Below, piece after piece: positions 24,531 to 38,086 of a DNA stretch of 64,000 nt. Numbering within the stretch: the stretch's first letter is position 1; the number at the start of each line of letters is the position of its first letter. The notes under the pieces were generated by a model. The model made no database searches. It was given only the letters and a program-made list of their open reading frames with translations, and was not told the DNA's origin. This stretch comes from Octopus sinensis (taxonomy: Eukaryota), in contig NC_043004.1 in assembly GCF_006345805.1 (NCBI RefSeq), positions 34,038,001 through 34,102,000 on the forward strand. The letters are read 5' to 3'. The position numbers and the translations under genes were made by a program.

Positions 24531-27339
24531 AGTGTTATGGATTTTCTTGTTACTGCTGTCCTCCAAATGGATCTCATTATATAGCAATGACATCATGTGC
24601 CATGCCAACAATATAACGCTGTTGATGACATCTTCCATACTGTTGCAATAGAAATTACATACTGTATCGTTTCATTGCTGCTCTCCAGCTATCAACATTT
24701 CTTTTCTATATTACGGATTTATTTGTTAGCTGTCTTCCCTTTCTACAAGGCAAAGACATATCTTTATGAGTGAGATGTAATGTATTTATCATGGATAAAT
24801 ACATTACATCCAGTCTCTATCAATCCCCACCGACTCTCTCTCTGTCTCTCTCTCTGCATCTCTTGTTGTTCGGTTTATGCAACTGTCATTTATTAACTTG
24901 CAAGATATATAGCACTATACACTGTTTAGAAGATATACTGAGTGTTTATTCTCCTGGTAAATCAGCCCAGCTGCTTCGGGCTTGAATCAAATTTCTTTAG
25001 TTTGAAGTATTTATTGAAGCATTCTTTCCCAATCCCGAGGAAGTTATATTCTTTTCAATCCTGATTACATTTTCAGATTGTGTTGCCTTTATGGTATGAA
25101 GCAAAATCCTATCTCTATTTCCATTAACCTTCTGCTTCTGTTTTTTTTTTGTTTCATTTCCATTTCAAAAAACAAAACAAAAAAAAAAAACAGGATTTAG
25201 CTGTAACTTTGTTTTGATATTCAACTTATGAATTTCACTGTGTGTGTGTGTGTAAATTTCTGTGTTTGTGTTTCACCTGTTTCCACCAAATTCTGGAAAA
25301 CAGTGTAAAATAATGTAACTACACTGAGAAATTGTTTATAACATTCTCATAAATGGTAAGACTGAATAATGTGGCATTCAGGAAGGAAAATAATGATAAA
25401 AGCTGGCATATGTCATGGCAAGAGGAAAGGACCATTCATCTAATATATTATTTAGAAACCAAGAAAAAAAAACAAACAAAAGAAAAAACACCCCGATCTA
25501 ATTTTCCATTGAGATTAATATTTAAATATTAAGGTCATATTGTAATCTTATATAGATATCATATTTAAAAAATAGCAAAAACAGAGGAAATAAACTGATT
25601 CGTTCTCCCAAGACTAGCAACCATCATTATGATAGAATAATATGAAATGTGTATTTTGTATGTATTCTTCATGAAATTTATCAAGAAATCCCAAGTTTTG
25701 AGATGTTTATTTATTCATTTATTTTTCTTAAAATGATATATCTAAGAACTACAAAACTAGACCAAAATTCTGTAACACATTACCTGATAATAAATGAACC
25801 AGGTAAAATCTCTCTGTTTACTTATTTGGTTTGCAAGGTTCTTGATGTGAATTTGTGTGTTGAAACAAATTTTGCGTCTTCGGAGGGTAATTACACTCAA
25901 TAATAATAAACAGACGCGCTGGTTCAATATCACTTCCTTAGTTTTAGTCACCCAGTAAAATATCTAGCCATCTATCTAATTGATCCTTAGTTTACTGTGT
26001 TTGTTAAACAATCAATCAGTTGTTGGTTTGGTCAAAGTTATTTCATTGCTATTTGCATCCTCATCAATGATATGTCCTCTCTCTTTGAGGTTTGCCTTGA
26101 GTCTGCAGCTAATTGACTAACCATAAAGAAGTGATATTGAACTGGCATACGTGTATTTATCATTATTGGTGTAACATTTCTTGCAAATATGATCATTTTA
26201 TGTTCACTTCCCATACTGGAATGTGCTAGACAGGCTGTCACTGTCAGCATCCACATGTATCTAGGGGTTCAACTTATCTAGATGGGTTGAGGGACTTTAT
26301 CTTTAGCTTGGATTCTTTAGCTGGATACCTTTTCTTCTTAACAACAGTCATATACAGATATTTCTTCAATATTTTGTATAGACATGTTATTCAATTTCTA
26401 TTTTTGTCCCTATAGCAAATATGTGATAGTGTCTAATTATTCATTTCTTCTTCTAGAAAAGTTGGGATGGATTATGCAACTGTTTGTTACACCTGGGTGC
26501 TTTTCCTATCATCAACCATTCAACCCAAAAGTTACTGTGGAAGCTAATTTGTTCAGTGATATACACTGAAGCAGGCAGGGTTATATGTAAACTGAACACC
26601 GGTCAGTAACATACTCAACATAGTCATCAAAGAAATCCTAATTAATTAAAATCAAATATGATATGTGACAAGTACTGTGCCTTACTTTTAGCAGCATGGG
26701 AATAATTTCAGATATGTTTCAGTTTTATTAAACTTCATCAGCACAGCATAGTCTAACCATAATTGTTAGATCTTAAAGTGACTAAAATTATGTGTATATT
26801 GTCCAGGAGTACAACCTGAGAGCAGCAGAACTAAGTCTTACTTCATAGTCATGTAGTCATGAAGTTCAGCACTTTTAACTCACAAATTTGCTCAGAAAGT
26901 TCCATTCTAGTCAAAGCTGAAACCGGTTAGGTAAGACAGATAAACTTTGATGATAATAACGGTTCACTTGTAAAAATATGTTAAAAATTAAAAACAGGTT
27001 TACTGCAACAGACGTCTGTAATTGGTTGCAGTGAATTGATACATAAAATGAAGTAACACGATAAACATTTTAAAAACTTTATTAACTTAAATCTATTTTT
27101 ATTAAATGAGTGGAGGAATAGAAGAAATGAAACTGAAAATGCATTGAGAATATATAAAAATTAATTAGAATTTTTAATGATTTTGTAGTTGTGATACCTC
27201 TGAGATATACTGTGACTGTGAAGACCTGACAAATGAAGTGAGATCATGGCTCGTAGGACGGCCTACTGTACTAACCTTGGACCGTAGAGTGACCCACTGT
27301 TCTTGAGGAGACCTGTTGAGTCAAGTACATCAACACCAA

Positions 27340-27698
27340 CATCAAAATAAAAATCACATGGAAATTGTAGTTAAGATACCCGTGCCAGTGACACGTAAAA
27401 AGCACCGTCCGAACATGGCAGATGCCAGCGCCACCTGACTGGCATCCGTATTGGTGACACGTAAAAGCACCAACTGATTGTGGCTGTTTTCCCAGATTCC
27501 TCTGGCCCCTGTGCCGGTGGCACGTAAAAAGCACCCACTACACTCATGGAGTGGTTGGCGTTAGGAAGGGCATCCAGCTGTAGAAAACTACCAGATCAGA
27601 CTGGAGCCTGGTGCAGCCTCCTGGCTTCCCAGACCCCGGTTGAACCGTCCAACCCATGCTAGCATGGAAAACAGGCGTTAAACGATGATGATGATGAT
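27340..27698 (+). mobile_element. Family C element with three internal modules
   Basis: GTGRCACGTAAAA(A)GCACC occurs three times before the common tail. Confidence 0.85.
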
Positions 27699-28103
27699 AA
27701 TTTTAAAATATAGGAATTACCAGTTTTACATAAGATTTTCAAAAGTGTATAGTATATGGAGCTCCATCGTGAATTGTGTCTATTTTGGTTGTTGTTATAA
27801 AAATAGTTATATATATACAGGTGCATTGATTTTCTTAAAGTAATGTGCATTGTCTGTGTTGATTTCCCATGGCACTGCTATAACGGTGTGTCAAAAGCAC
27901 TTCTTTATGCCTCTTTCAAATAACCATAACATCTAAAAGTTTTAGGCATGAGTTAAATAAGATTTAAAATGTTCGTAGTGTTTTTTAAGGGTCATTATTT
28001 TGGGAAATATCATGGTTCCAAGAGAAAGGTCAAAACCAGTTACTGACTCCAAGAACTAAAGTAAAGATTTGTTTCCGAAATGACTTGGTTGACACTAGAA
28101 TTT

Positions 28104-28236
28104 CAGTTCTATATTTAAGAGATGAGGAATTATGTACATTATTTACATTTGATAGCTATTTGTCCTCATCCTGTTTATGTTAACAACAAACAAGATGAGG
28201 ACAAATATCCATCAAATATAAATAACGTAAATAATA
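28104..28236. mobile_element. Family H 3'-tail inverted dimer with 13-bp TSD
   Basis: Palindrome centred on GTTAAC; GACACTAGAATTT at 28091-28103 and 28237-28249; left end CAGTTCTATATTTAAGAG identical to 4687. Confidence 0.85.
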
Positions 28237-28333
28237 GACACTAGAATTTGTCTTTAGAAACAATATTGCTAGAATTAATTTATTGATTCAATTTCTTGCT
28301 TGATGACTTATTTCTAGAGAACTGATCATCATT

Positions 28334-28364
<31 letters not shown>

Positions 28365-28946
28365 CTATCACCACCATCCTCATCCTTCTCCTTAATATTG
28401 TCATCATCATCATTGTTTTCATCATCATCATCATCATCATCATCATAACCATTATCGTTGGCATCATTGTTTATGTCCTTTTTTCTTTTCTTGCATGGGT
28501 CAGATGGAATTCATAGAGGCAACTGTTCTACAGCTTGATGCCCCCTCCTTCTTGTCACCACCCTTCACCCTTTTTCCATCTAAGCAAATAGTTTTCCATG
28601 ACCAAACACTATACCAAATGCTTCAAACTATGTGAATATCTGAAAACCAAACAAAAATATATATATATTTCTTATGATTTTGTCTCTTTACGTAAATTTT
28701 AATTGAACTTTTTATCTACCGAGATATTACTCAGCATAATGATTTATTTCAAACTTTTTTTTTTCAAAAAAAAAAATATATATATATCTGCATCATTTTT
28801 ATATCACATAGAAGATAATATTTTGATGATAAATGATAATTTCAGAAACTGTTAAAAAAAAAAAAAAGACATTTCTTTCTTTTGAAATCTACTACCAACT
28901 TCATCACATATGTATATCTGTATATCATAGATAACCTCTGCATAAC

Positions 28947-28980
<34 letters not shown>

Positions 28981-28994
28981 TAATAATAATAATA

Positions 28995-29086
<92 letters not shown>

Positions 29087-31020
29087 CATAATAAATTGTG
29101 CATACCTTGAAAGAAAGATTTATTTTTGAATCTGTTTGAATCTTCCTATGTGCGTGTAAGATTTTAAATCATTACAAGTATTTCAAGGAAAAATGTATTA
29201 TATTACTTTTGATATTCATATTGAGGTTGTTAAATTTACAACTAATAAAATCGTGTTTTTAGTTGGTATATAAGAAGCCATGTGTATGAAAACTAATTAC
29301 TTTATCCACAGAGAGACTCGATTAAGTTACAAAACAAAGTGTTAATGCAGCTGACTTGCTTCAACATTTCTTGTGGTTTTACAATTTCAGAGGAAATTTA
29401 TGTGACCTGAAGGTTGTATTCTGTAACAAGCTGATCATCTGAGGTATATTACCTGTGCTACTCAAGTGTATAAGAACTTGATCAATTATTTTCTCTTTTA
29501 CTTAATATAAAATTCTGAATGCTGGTTATGAAGTGGTTTTGTAGCTACACTTTATGCATCAAACAATTCGTTACTTATTTAGCCATTATTATTCTTCCGA
29601 GATTAATTAAAATATTCTCCTGCAGGTGACATAAACCATTTTGTATATGTATACAAAATTATTCACCATCTGAGAATCGTTTTGATTTAAAATTCAAATT
29701 AACAAGAGTTCCATGAACTTAAGAGCTTTTGATTTTCTTTAAAATGATATTAGCTTCATTTACCTGGATTTTCACTGAAAACAGTCTTGAATCAAGACTA
29801 AATAAGCTTCCATTAATAAAATAGATTACCAAATTCTGTGGCTGTTAGATGTAATTTATCTTGGTTGGATTTTGTTAAAGTATATTCCGTACACAAGAGT
29901 ATTGTTATAGGATTTTTATGCCTGAGCGAGAAACAATGAGAGATCCTGTATGACAAAATTATTCTGAGAGAGTCCAACAAGTTATTGTTACAGTTCAGTT
30001 GATGATCATGCTCTCATGTTAATTTGGATTTTACCCATGAACAATTTTCATGCAGTGTGTTGAAGAGAAATTAATCGGATAGCTTTTAAATCTCATGCCC
30101 AATAGGTGGTGCTATTGTTGTTGTTGCTGCTGTGTAACCCTATCAAAACTGATCTAGCAGGTTTCTCAATAGTCGTCAGAACAACTGAGTCAAGTTCATT
30201 CATGCGTTGCTCTTAATATACCATTCATCTACCTGGGTGAAGGCCTTGCCATATAGTAATCATGGTTTTCACAGCCCATCAAAAATCAGTGAGATCAATA
30301 CAGTTGATGTTCTAGAATAGTTACAAGTTGACATCTATAAGAATATCAAAGGCAGGGAAAAGCATCTTAAAAAGGGGAGGAAGTCCTGGTCATAGTAATT
30401 AGAGCAGAGGTGTGGTGGGGTTCAGTATAGTCATATGACATGAAACCAGCCAATCAGAAGATATAGAGACCAGTGTTGTTTGCATGCCTATGCTGATGGT
30501 ACTCTTTCATAGTCGGAGATTTCACCCAGATTTTACCTATAGAAATGATTGCTTAAAATGATCGAATGTTTGCATTGTGCGTTAACTTACTCACTCCATC
30601 AAACTACCTGAACAGGTGTACAGGTGATCCTAGAACAAGAGGAAGTGTTTTGCTCAAGAACACAACACACCACCCAACTCAGAAATTGAAACCATGATTT
30701 TGCAATTGTGAGTGCAAACATGCTAACCACTTGGCCGTGTGTCCTCATACATTATCTATAGGATAATATCGAATAGCTCTTTTAACTTTAGGCCCTCTTG
30801 CACTGCTCAGTACATTGGGCAACATCATCATATAAAAGATGTTACTGTCAAATTGAAGTTTGTTTTCCAGGAATACAGGACTACATTGTCTGATCTTTGG
30901 TTTCTATTTCTAGTACGCTGAGTAAGCCATGTGGAAGCTTCTCCCTTGGTTTGACATGTGCTGGTTTATTGAAGGAAGTGTGGAGAGATAAATGATTAAT
31001 TGTGTTGGGGTGCAAAGAAC

Positions 31021-31242
31021 TTATTTCTTTACTACCCACAAGGGGCTAAACACAGAATGGACAAACAAGGACAGACAAAGGAATTAAGTTGATTATATCG
31101 ATCCCAGTGCGTAACTGGTACTTATTTAATTGACCCCAAAAGGATGAAAGGCAAAGTTGACCTCGGCGGAATTTGAACTCAGAATGTAGCGGCAGACGAA
31201 ATACTGCTAAGCATTTCGCCCAGCATGCTAACGTTTCTGCCA
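31021..31242 (-). mobile_element. Family A SINE with 12-bp TSD
   Basis: GGTGCAAAGAAC at 31009-31020 and 31243-31254. Confidence 0.9.
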
Positions 31243-31436
31243 GGTGCAAAGAACCAATCTATTGTATGTTGTATTTCTTACATTATGCAGAATATTGCTG
31301 TTGTCATCTGACCCTAGGTTAAACATCATCAAATGGACCTATGGACCTATGATCAAAGACAACCCATCAATAACCATCCTGTCTTTGTCGGAATATGTAG
31401 GTTTATATTATTAGATGTTTCCTTTTCTTATTTAAG

Positions 31437-31565
31437 TTGGTAAATCATGACTCAGGGCAGAAAATGCTTCAGTTGTATTCAGATACTGACCCAAGACAAA
31501 ACTCAAGTAATTCTTCCATTCTAGAACTGCTCAAAGATGGCACTACTGCTACACATACAAGCATC
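31437..31565 (+). other. Candidate 129-nt coding exon (LVNHDSGQKMLQLYSDTDPRQNSSNSSILELLKDGTTATHTSI)
   Basis: Pyrimidine-rich acceptor TTTCCTTTTCTTATTTAAG, open frame, donor ATC|GTAAAC; no family recognised. Confidence 0.25.
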
Positions 31566-33029
31566 GTAAACTACATCTAAAATAAGGTCATGAAGTTCAT
31601 TAGAAAAAACTCCCAAAATATTTCTTTTCACTCTTTCTTCACAAAATCTTCAGACCCTCCTGTTATTCTCCTTTCTCTTCCAAACCTCTTTCCTGCTGTA
31701 TCTTTCTCTAGAGACCCTGAACTATATATTTTGACCAATATTTCCCCAGCAACAGAGTTGCAACCCTCTGGGGTTTCTTATTGCTCCTTTTTTACAGGCC
31801 TGTTAAACCAGGGGTGGCCCAGGGCTAAATAACAACAACAGTAAAGAGTTTGAAATGATCAGATAATCTACTGACCTCATGTTTTATTCGTCTTTCAATA
31901 ATTTCATCTCAAATGTTATCATCTAAAGAAACCAAAGAAATTGAAAGCAAAATTTGTATGATTATAAGAAATTTGCAATAATTTGATGGGTTTTCTTTGA
32001 GTCATACTATATCCATTTGTTGGTTCCATTTCTTTGGAAATGTTTTGCCATCTGTAAATCAAGGATCTCCATGAAGAACAGTTTTGGTCAGACGTGTACT
32101 CTTCGCAGAGATTATGGATGTGATAATGCCATATTTACATTTAGGTGCAAAAAAAAAAGAAAGAAAAAAGAAAGAAAAATAGAAAGAAAAAGAAACTATT
32201 ATCTTGCCTTTCATAGTAAAAGACTCTTTGGAAGACATGGAAATGAATAAAGAGAGCCAAAGTATGAAGACTGAAAATATTTTTTTTTTAAGTATTCCAT
32301 TCACTCTTTTCATAGCAGTCAGTTGATTAACATTTAATGAATTAAACATTTATGTAAACTACCCGTTAATGAATTCCATCAATAGAACGAAACCTCTCAT
32401 CATTGAGTCAGTGAATCCAAATTTGGAGAGAAGCTTGCTTAACATCTGGCATCATTTCAGACCTGTAGCTCAGGTCAAAAAGATATTAACCCTTCTAGGG
32501 ATTGATTGTAATATGAGGTCTATATGGAGCAACATCAATGTTTGACTTTATATACTGGCAACTGGCACATAAAGTTCCTTGTTAGTAATTGGAGAAATGT
32601 CTTTCTCTTCTCTATCATTATGTAAATGATATTCGCAATTCCAGTGGGACAAAGTAGAGGATTTTCGCATAATAGAAGAAATAATGGAAATTAGAATTCC
32701 TACTATGCTTGCATACTTAAAATTGTATAAATCTGTGGCATAATGCAGCTACTAACACAGGGTGAACCAAACATTGCAGTAAGTTAAAATTGAATATTTT
32801 TTGCACAAAATAACAAAAACCTGTTTAATTACAGACATTTATAAGTAGCACAAAAAATATGAAATTCCTATGTCAATGTCTATTGGTGATGCTAAGTGAA
32901 TAAGTTGAAGAATTTTGTTTTGTCTTTTTGCCTCTTCTTGCAGTCATAATTAATAGATTTTTCATAATGACACCGTTATGACAAATTGCTACCACATGAT
33001 AAACTAAACCATCGTTGTCCTGATCATGT

Positions 33030-33520
33030 ATCATGCCTGCTGTGCATTTATGACACCACAACAAAAGTCTTCTCAATTAAGCACAAGTTCTCCAGCTGCC
33101 TTGCCATTCTTCACCAACCAGTTCGTGACATTTTCCATCCATTGTGTTCGTTGTCTGCCTCTCTTGATCTACTCTTCCTCCCACAATAATGTTTTCCAGG
33201 CGTCTATTTTTTTTAACGTGGCCCTAGTAGAAAAGCTTTTTGTCTTTACACAATGTCCAGGAGTTTATTGTTGTAAAACGCATTCATTTGTCTGTGTGAT
33301 CCTTGTAAGAGACTCATAACATTCTCCTAAGCTCTCACACTTCAGATGCATTGTGTTCTCTTCCAATTTATTCAGAGCCCATGCTTCACAACCATAAATG
33401 CCTATTGGCCAAATGAACCCTCATACCAGCCTTGTTTTGATAAAGTTCCAAATTCATAAAACTATATTTGATCGGACCAGAAGCCTGGGCAGGAGTTTTT
33501 CTGTAGTCACACAACCTTTC
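33030..33520 (-). mobile_element. Decayed RTE-clade LINE ORF2 C-terminal fragment
   Basis: IKTRLV*GFIWPIGIYGCEAWALNK, TNECVL, GHV, RGRQRTQWMENVTNW with stops and frameshifts. Confidence 0.75.
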
Positions 33521-34779
33521 TCAATATTGTCAGTCCCACTGTAAATATTTACTGCAGGAATTGACCTCAGAATAACTGAATGATCAAATAGCTATCAATT
33601 ATACCAATCTGGTAGATTGGCAGAATCATCAGAGCATCAGACAAAATACGTTATGATATCAAATTGTGGTACTTTATATTCTGAGTTCAGATCTTCCCTA
33701 GGTCGACTTCACCCCTCATTCTTCTGACGTTCAAAGAAGTAAATATCAGTCATGTACTGGAGCCAATATAATTGACCGTCACTTCTCTCTAAATGTCTTG
33801 TGTCTTTGTAATATGTCAGTTGTTTACTAATGTAATTTCATACTGCAATGATCACCAATCTCTTGTAGTGCCTATTTAGAGACAAGTAGGCAGAACTACT
33901 GAGAGTTTGGAAGCTAACATTGCAAAACTGATGACATGATTGGAACTGATACTCTACCAATATGATCATCTCTAAAGAACAATTGCAACAGTCATACACA
34001 TTATGAATCAAAGCTGAATTATACTGAAAAATAAAAGTTCATAGACCTTAAAAGCCCTGAACACTGAATTTGTTTTTGATGAAACTTGATGAGAGATGCT
34101 GTCTTGGAGAAACATTTGGTCATGGCTCTTTTGCGTTGGTGCTATTTAGAAAGATAACCTGTGCAGCAAGTTCGCGGATTTGAAGAAGATGGTTTATGGC
34201 TGGATGGAATTTCGAAGCAAGAAAAATGGCTGAAAATACAAACCATCTTTTTGGTGCTTGTTTTCTTGTTCCACCACTATTTTCTTGGTTATCATTGTAA
34301 ACCAGAACATCATTTGTGTAAACAGAAGTTTTATGCGATTAAATAACACCTTTCTTTCTGAAATGTCTTGATAACTGTTCTTCAATAATGCATTCTTACC
34401 ATCTTAACCGTTATTTTCTACTTTTCTTCTTTGCTTTCTTTTCAAAACTATTTTATTATGCAATCCTTAAAGAGAAAAATAAATAGATCAATCGCATTAG
34501 CATTTTTTTAATCTTATACAAATTTCTACATTAACGATTGTTAATATTGTTTTGTAATTTGCACATTAAATAATTGTAAGTCAAAACTTATTTATTTTCT
34601 ACTTTGAACAGTAAATTTCTTTTATTTCATTCTACATTTAATATTTGTAAAACTTTTTTTTTTCTTTTTTCATAATTACTTTTTGAAACTACTTACCTCA
34701 CTTCAGAAGCTTACTCACCCATCAAAAGTAATCCTAAAACTTGGATGTAGATACATAGTGGATCTCTGAATAAAAATTA

Positions 34780-35670
<891 letters not shown>

Positions 35671-36248
35671 TGCTAATATTTCATGCATTAAAAATGTTTA
35701 AAGGATTATAAATGATTAAAAAATAGCTATTCAGAAAATATCTACAAAATTGTTTATTTAAGAAACTATTTTTGTTTGATTAATCCTCAGATTTGTTTAT
35801 AATTTTTTTATTTTTTTTTATTTTTAAACAATTTATATTGTTTCTTTTTTTGGTTTTCCGTATTTAGCATCTTGCACTCTTTGTAAAAGAAGATGATTAT
35901 AACGTTGAACTCTGCCAAGAGTTAAAGTAAATGACATGTCAAGGAAGCCAAGCCTTGGATAAGAATGAAACGCTTAGGGAATTAAGAAAGTGGAAATTGT
36001 TAAAAATCTTTAATCGAATGAAAAATAATTAAGTATTTTGAAAATAAAAACATCAAAAATGATAAATTATGTCCTACATAATTTATTTTACCCAAGATAG
36101 ATAATTCTTCTTTTGTTTTCAGACAACGTTTTGCATCTTTAGAGTTCACCATTAAAAGACAAACCCCTCTTGACATACAAACACTAACTTAATTGGTGAC
36201 TAGATGGAACACAGTTGAACTGTTAAGCATTCTTTACATAACTAAATA

Positions 36249-36471
36249 CCTATTTCTTTACTACCCACAAGGGGCTAAACACAGAGGGGGATAAACAAGG
36301 ACAGACAAAGGGATTAAGTCGATTACATCGACCCCAGTGCGTAACTGGTACTTAATTTATCGACCCCGAAAGGATGAAAGGCAAAGTCGACCTCGGCGGA
36401 ATTTGAACTCGGAACGTAACGACAGACGAAATACGGCTATGAATTTCGCCCGGCGTGCTAACGTTTCTACC
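36249..36471 (-). mobile_element. Family A SINE (young, CpG-rich)
   Basis: Retains CpGs; AACTAAATA repeated at both flanks. Confidence 0.9.
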
Positions 36472-36567
36472 AACTAAATATTGTCTGGGAATAAGGGTGC
36501 TCATTCCTCATGGCTTTATAACCAAATGATATAACCGAATGATATCATTGAAGCTAAAGGTGTCCAC

Positions 36568-36690
36568 AAGCTTCTTCGTCTTCTTCTTCTTCTTCTTCTT
36601 CTTCTTCTTCTTCTTCTTCTTCTTCTTCTTCTTCTTCTTCTTCTTCTTCTTTTCATCATCATCCTCGTCATCGTCATCATCATCATCTAA
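36568..36690. repeat. (TTC)n then (CAT)n microsatellite
   Basis: Direct inspection. Confidence 0.9.
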
Positions 36691-37194
36691 CGTCCATCTT
36701 ACATGATGGCCTAGGCTGGATGATTAGACAGGATTTCATGCATCTTACTCCAATGCCATATTTGGCATGATTTCTACAACTGGAGGCCCTTCATAATGCC
36801 AACCAATTTACAGAGGGTCCTGGGTTTTTTTTTTCATGCCACCAGCATTATCGTGATTGACATGCATCTCACAAGACTGTATACCTGAGGAAGTGTGGTC
36901 AGCTTTATGCTAGGGAATGCGAGGTTAAAGTATGAGAGAAGGGGCAAAACATGTTCTCATAAAGGAGCTGCATAGCTACACACCTTTAAAAGAGATGAAG
37001 AGAATAATCAGTAAAAGGTATCTGTAAAAAGGTAAATAGTGGAGATGAGGTTTCCAGGTGGTTCTGTTGGTCAGTTTTTTTTTGTGTTTATGTTTTAGAC
37101 AGGTATAAGAGATTAATCTATGACCTTCGTAAATCATCTGATAATGAAGCAACCAGGGTCGTTTATGTCCAGCTTCATTTCGAAAAATGGCTGT

Positions 37195-37326
37195 GTGGTA
37201 AGTAGCTGGGTTCAGTCTCACTGTGTGGCAGCTTGGGCAAGTGTCTTCTACTATAGCCTTGAGCCAACCAAAGCCTTGTGAGTGGATTTGGTAGACGGAA
37301 ACTGAAAGAAGCCCGTCGTATATATG

Positions 37327-37359
<33 letters not shown>

Positions 37360-37480
37360 ATAAGTTTGTGTGTCTGTGTTTGTCCCCCCTAACATCGCTT
37401 GACAACCGATGCTGGTGTGTTTACATCCCCATGATTTAGCGGTTTGGCAAAAGAGACCGATTGAATAAGTACTAGGCTTA
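37195..37480 (+). mobile_element. Family F SINE
   Basis: GGGTTCAGTCTCACTG..CTTGGGCAAGTGTCTTCTACTATAGCC. Confidence 0.8.
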
Positions 37481-37488
37481 CAAAGCAT

Positions 37489-38086
37489 TGGAATATCTGC
37501 ACGCTGTACCCTGAAAAACAACCGCAAGAGAGGTAAGACCTGTTCATCACACAACAACATAAATCAAGTGAATTCCATCAGGAATCATCACAGAAATGTT
37601 ATGATTTATATGGAAGGTTGGACGTGTAGAGATTCCCATTTTGTGTACACAACAGAATGCACAAAACACAACTTGATTTATGTTGGTTGCACAACAGAAC
37701 AATTAAACAAAAGATTCAATGGCCACAGATATGACATTAGGCACAATAATAGTAGTTTGACAGAACTTGCTGAATATTTTGTTTCAAACAGTTGCAATTT
37801 TGAAAAAGACTTGAAATTGCATTTCCTCAGAAATTTTTCTGAATCTGCTTTGCTTTCAATACTCAAAATGCACGAGGATAAATATGTTTGCGGGTTATTA
37901 GCATCATGCCCTGGAGGAATGAATACAATGACAGGAGAATATCATCAAATTTATACAAGACTTCTTGAATATTCTTCTTCTTTTTCTTTTCCTTTTTGTC
38001 TTTCTTTTTTCTGTCTTTTTCTTTTATTCCGCTTTTTTCTGTCTTTTTTCTTTTTGCCTGTTATAAAATTGAAACTTAAAGATTGA
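37489..38086 (+). mobile_element. Penelope-like element relic encoding GIY-YIG endonuclease
   Basis: Open frame GISARC..KRGKTC..GWTCRDSHFVYTTECTKHNLIYVGCTTEQLNKRFNGH..GGMN; the CCHH-flanked VY..YVG..R pattern is typical of PLE endonucleases; RT absent. Confidence 0.75.

Noticed and set aside
26000-26400. Coding-like patches on the minus strand (HICKKC.., LKANLKERGHIIDED)
   Set aside because: Multiple stops in all frames and no recognisable domain; at most a very old TE relic
32530-32730. Minus-strand frame YASIVGILISIISSIMRK...ASI*
   Set aside because: Weak acceptor and no homology recognised
34130-34400. Minus-strand open stretches (KRWFVFSAIFLASKFHPAINHLLQIRELAAQ)
   Set aside because: Several incompatible splice options and weak donors; resemblance to known proteins too vague
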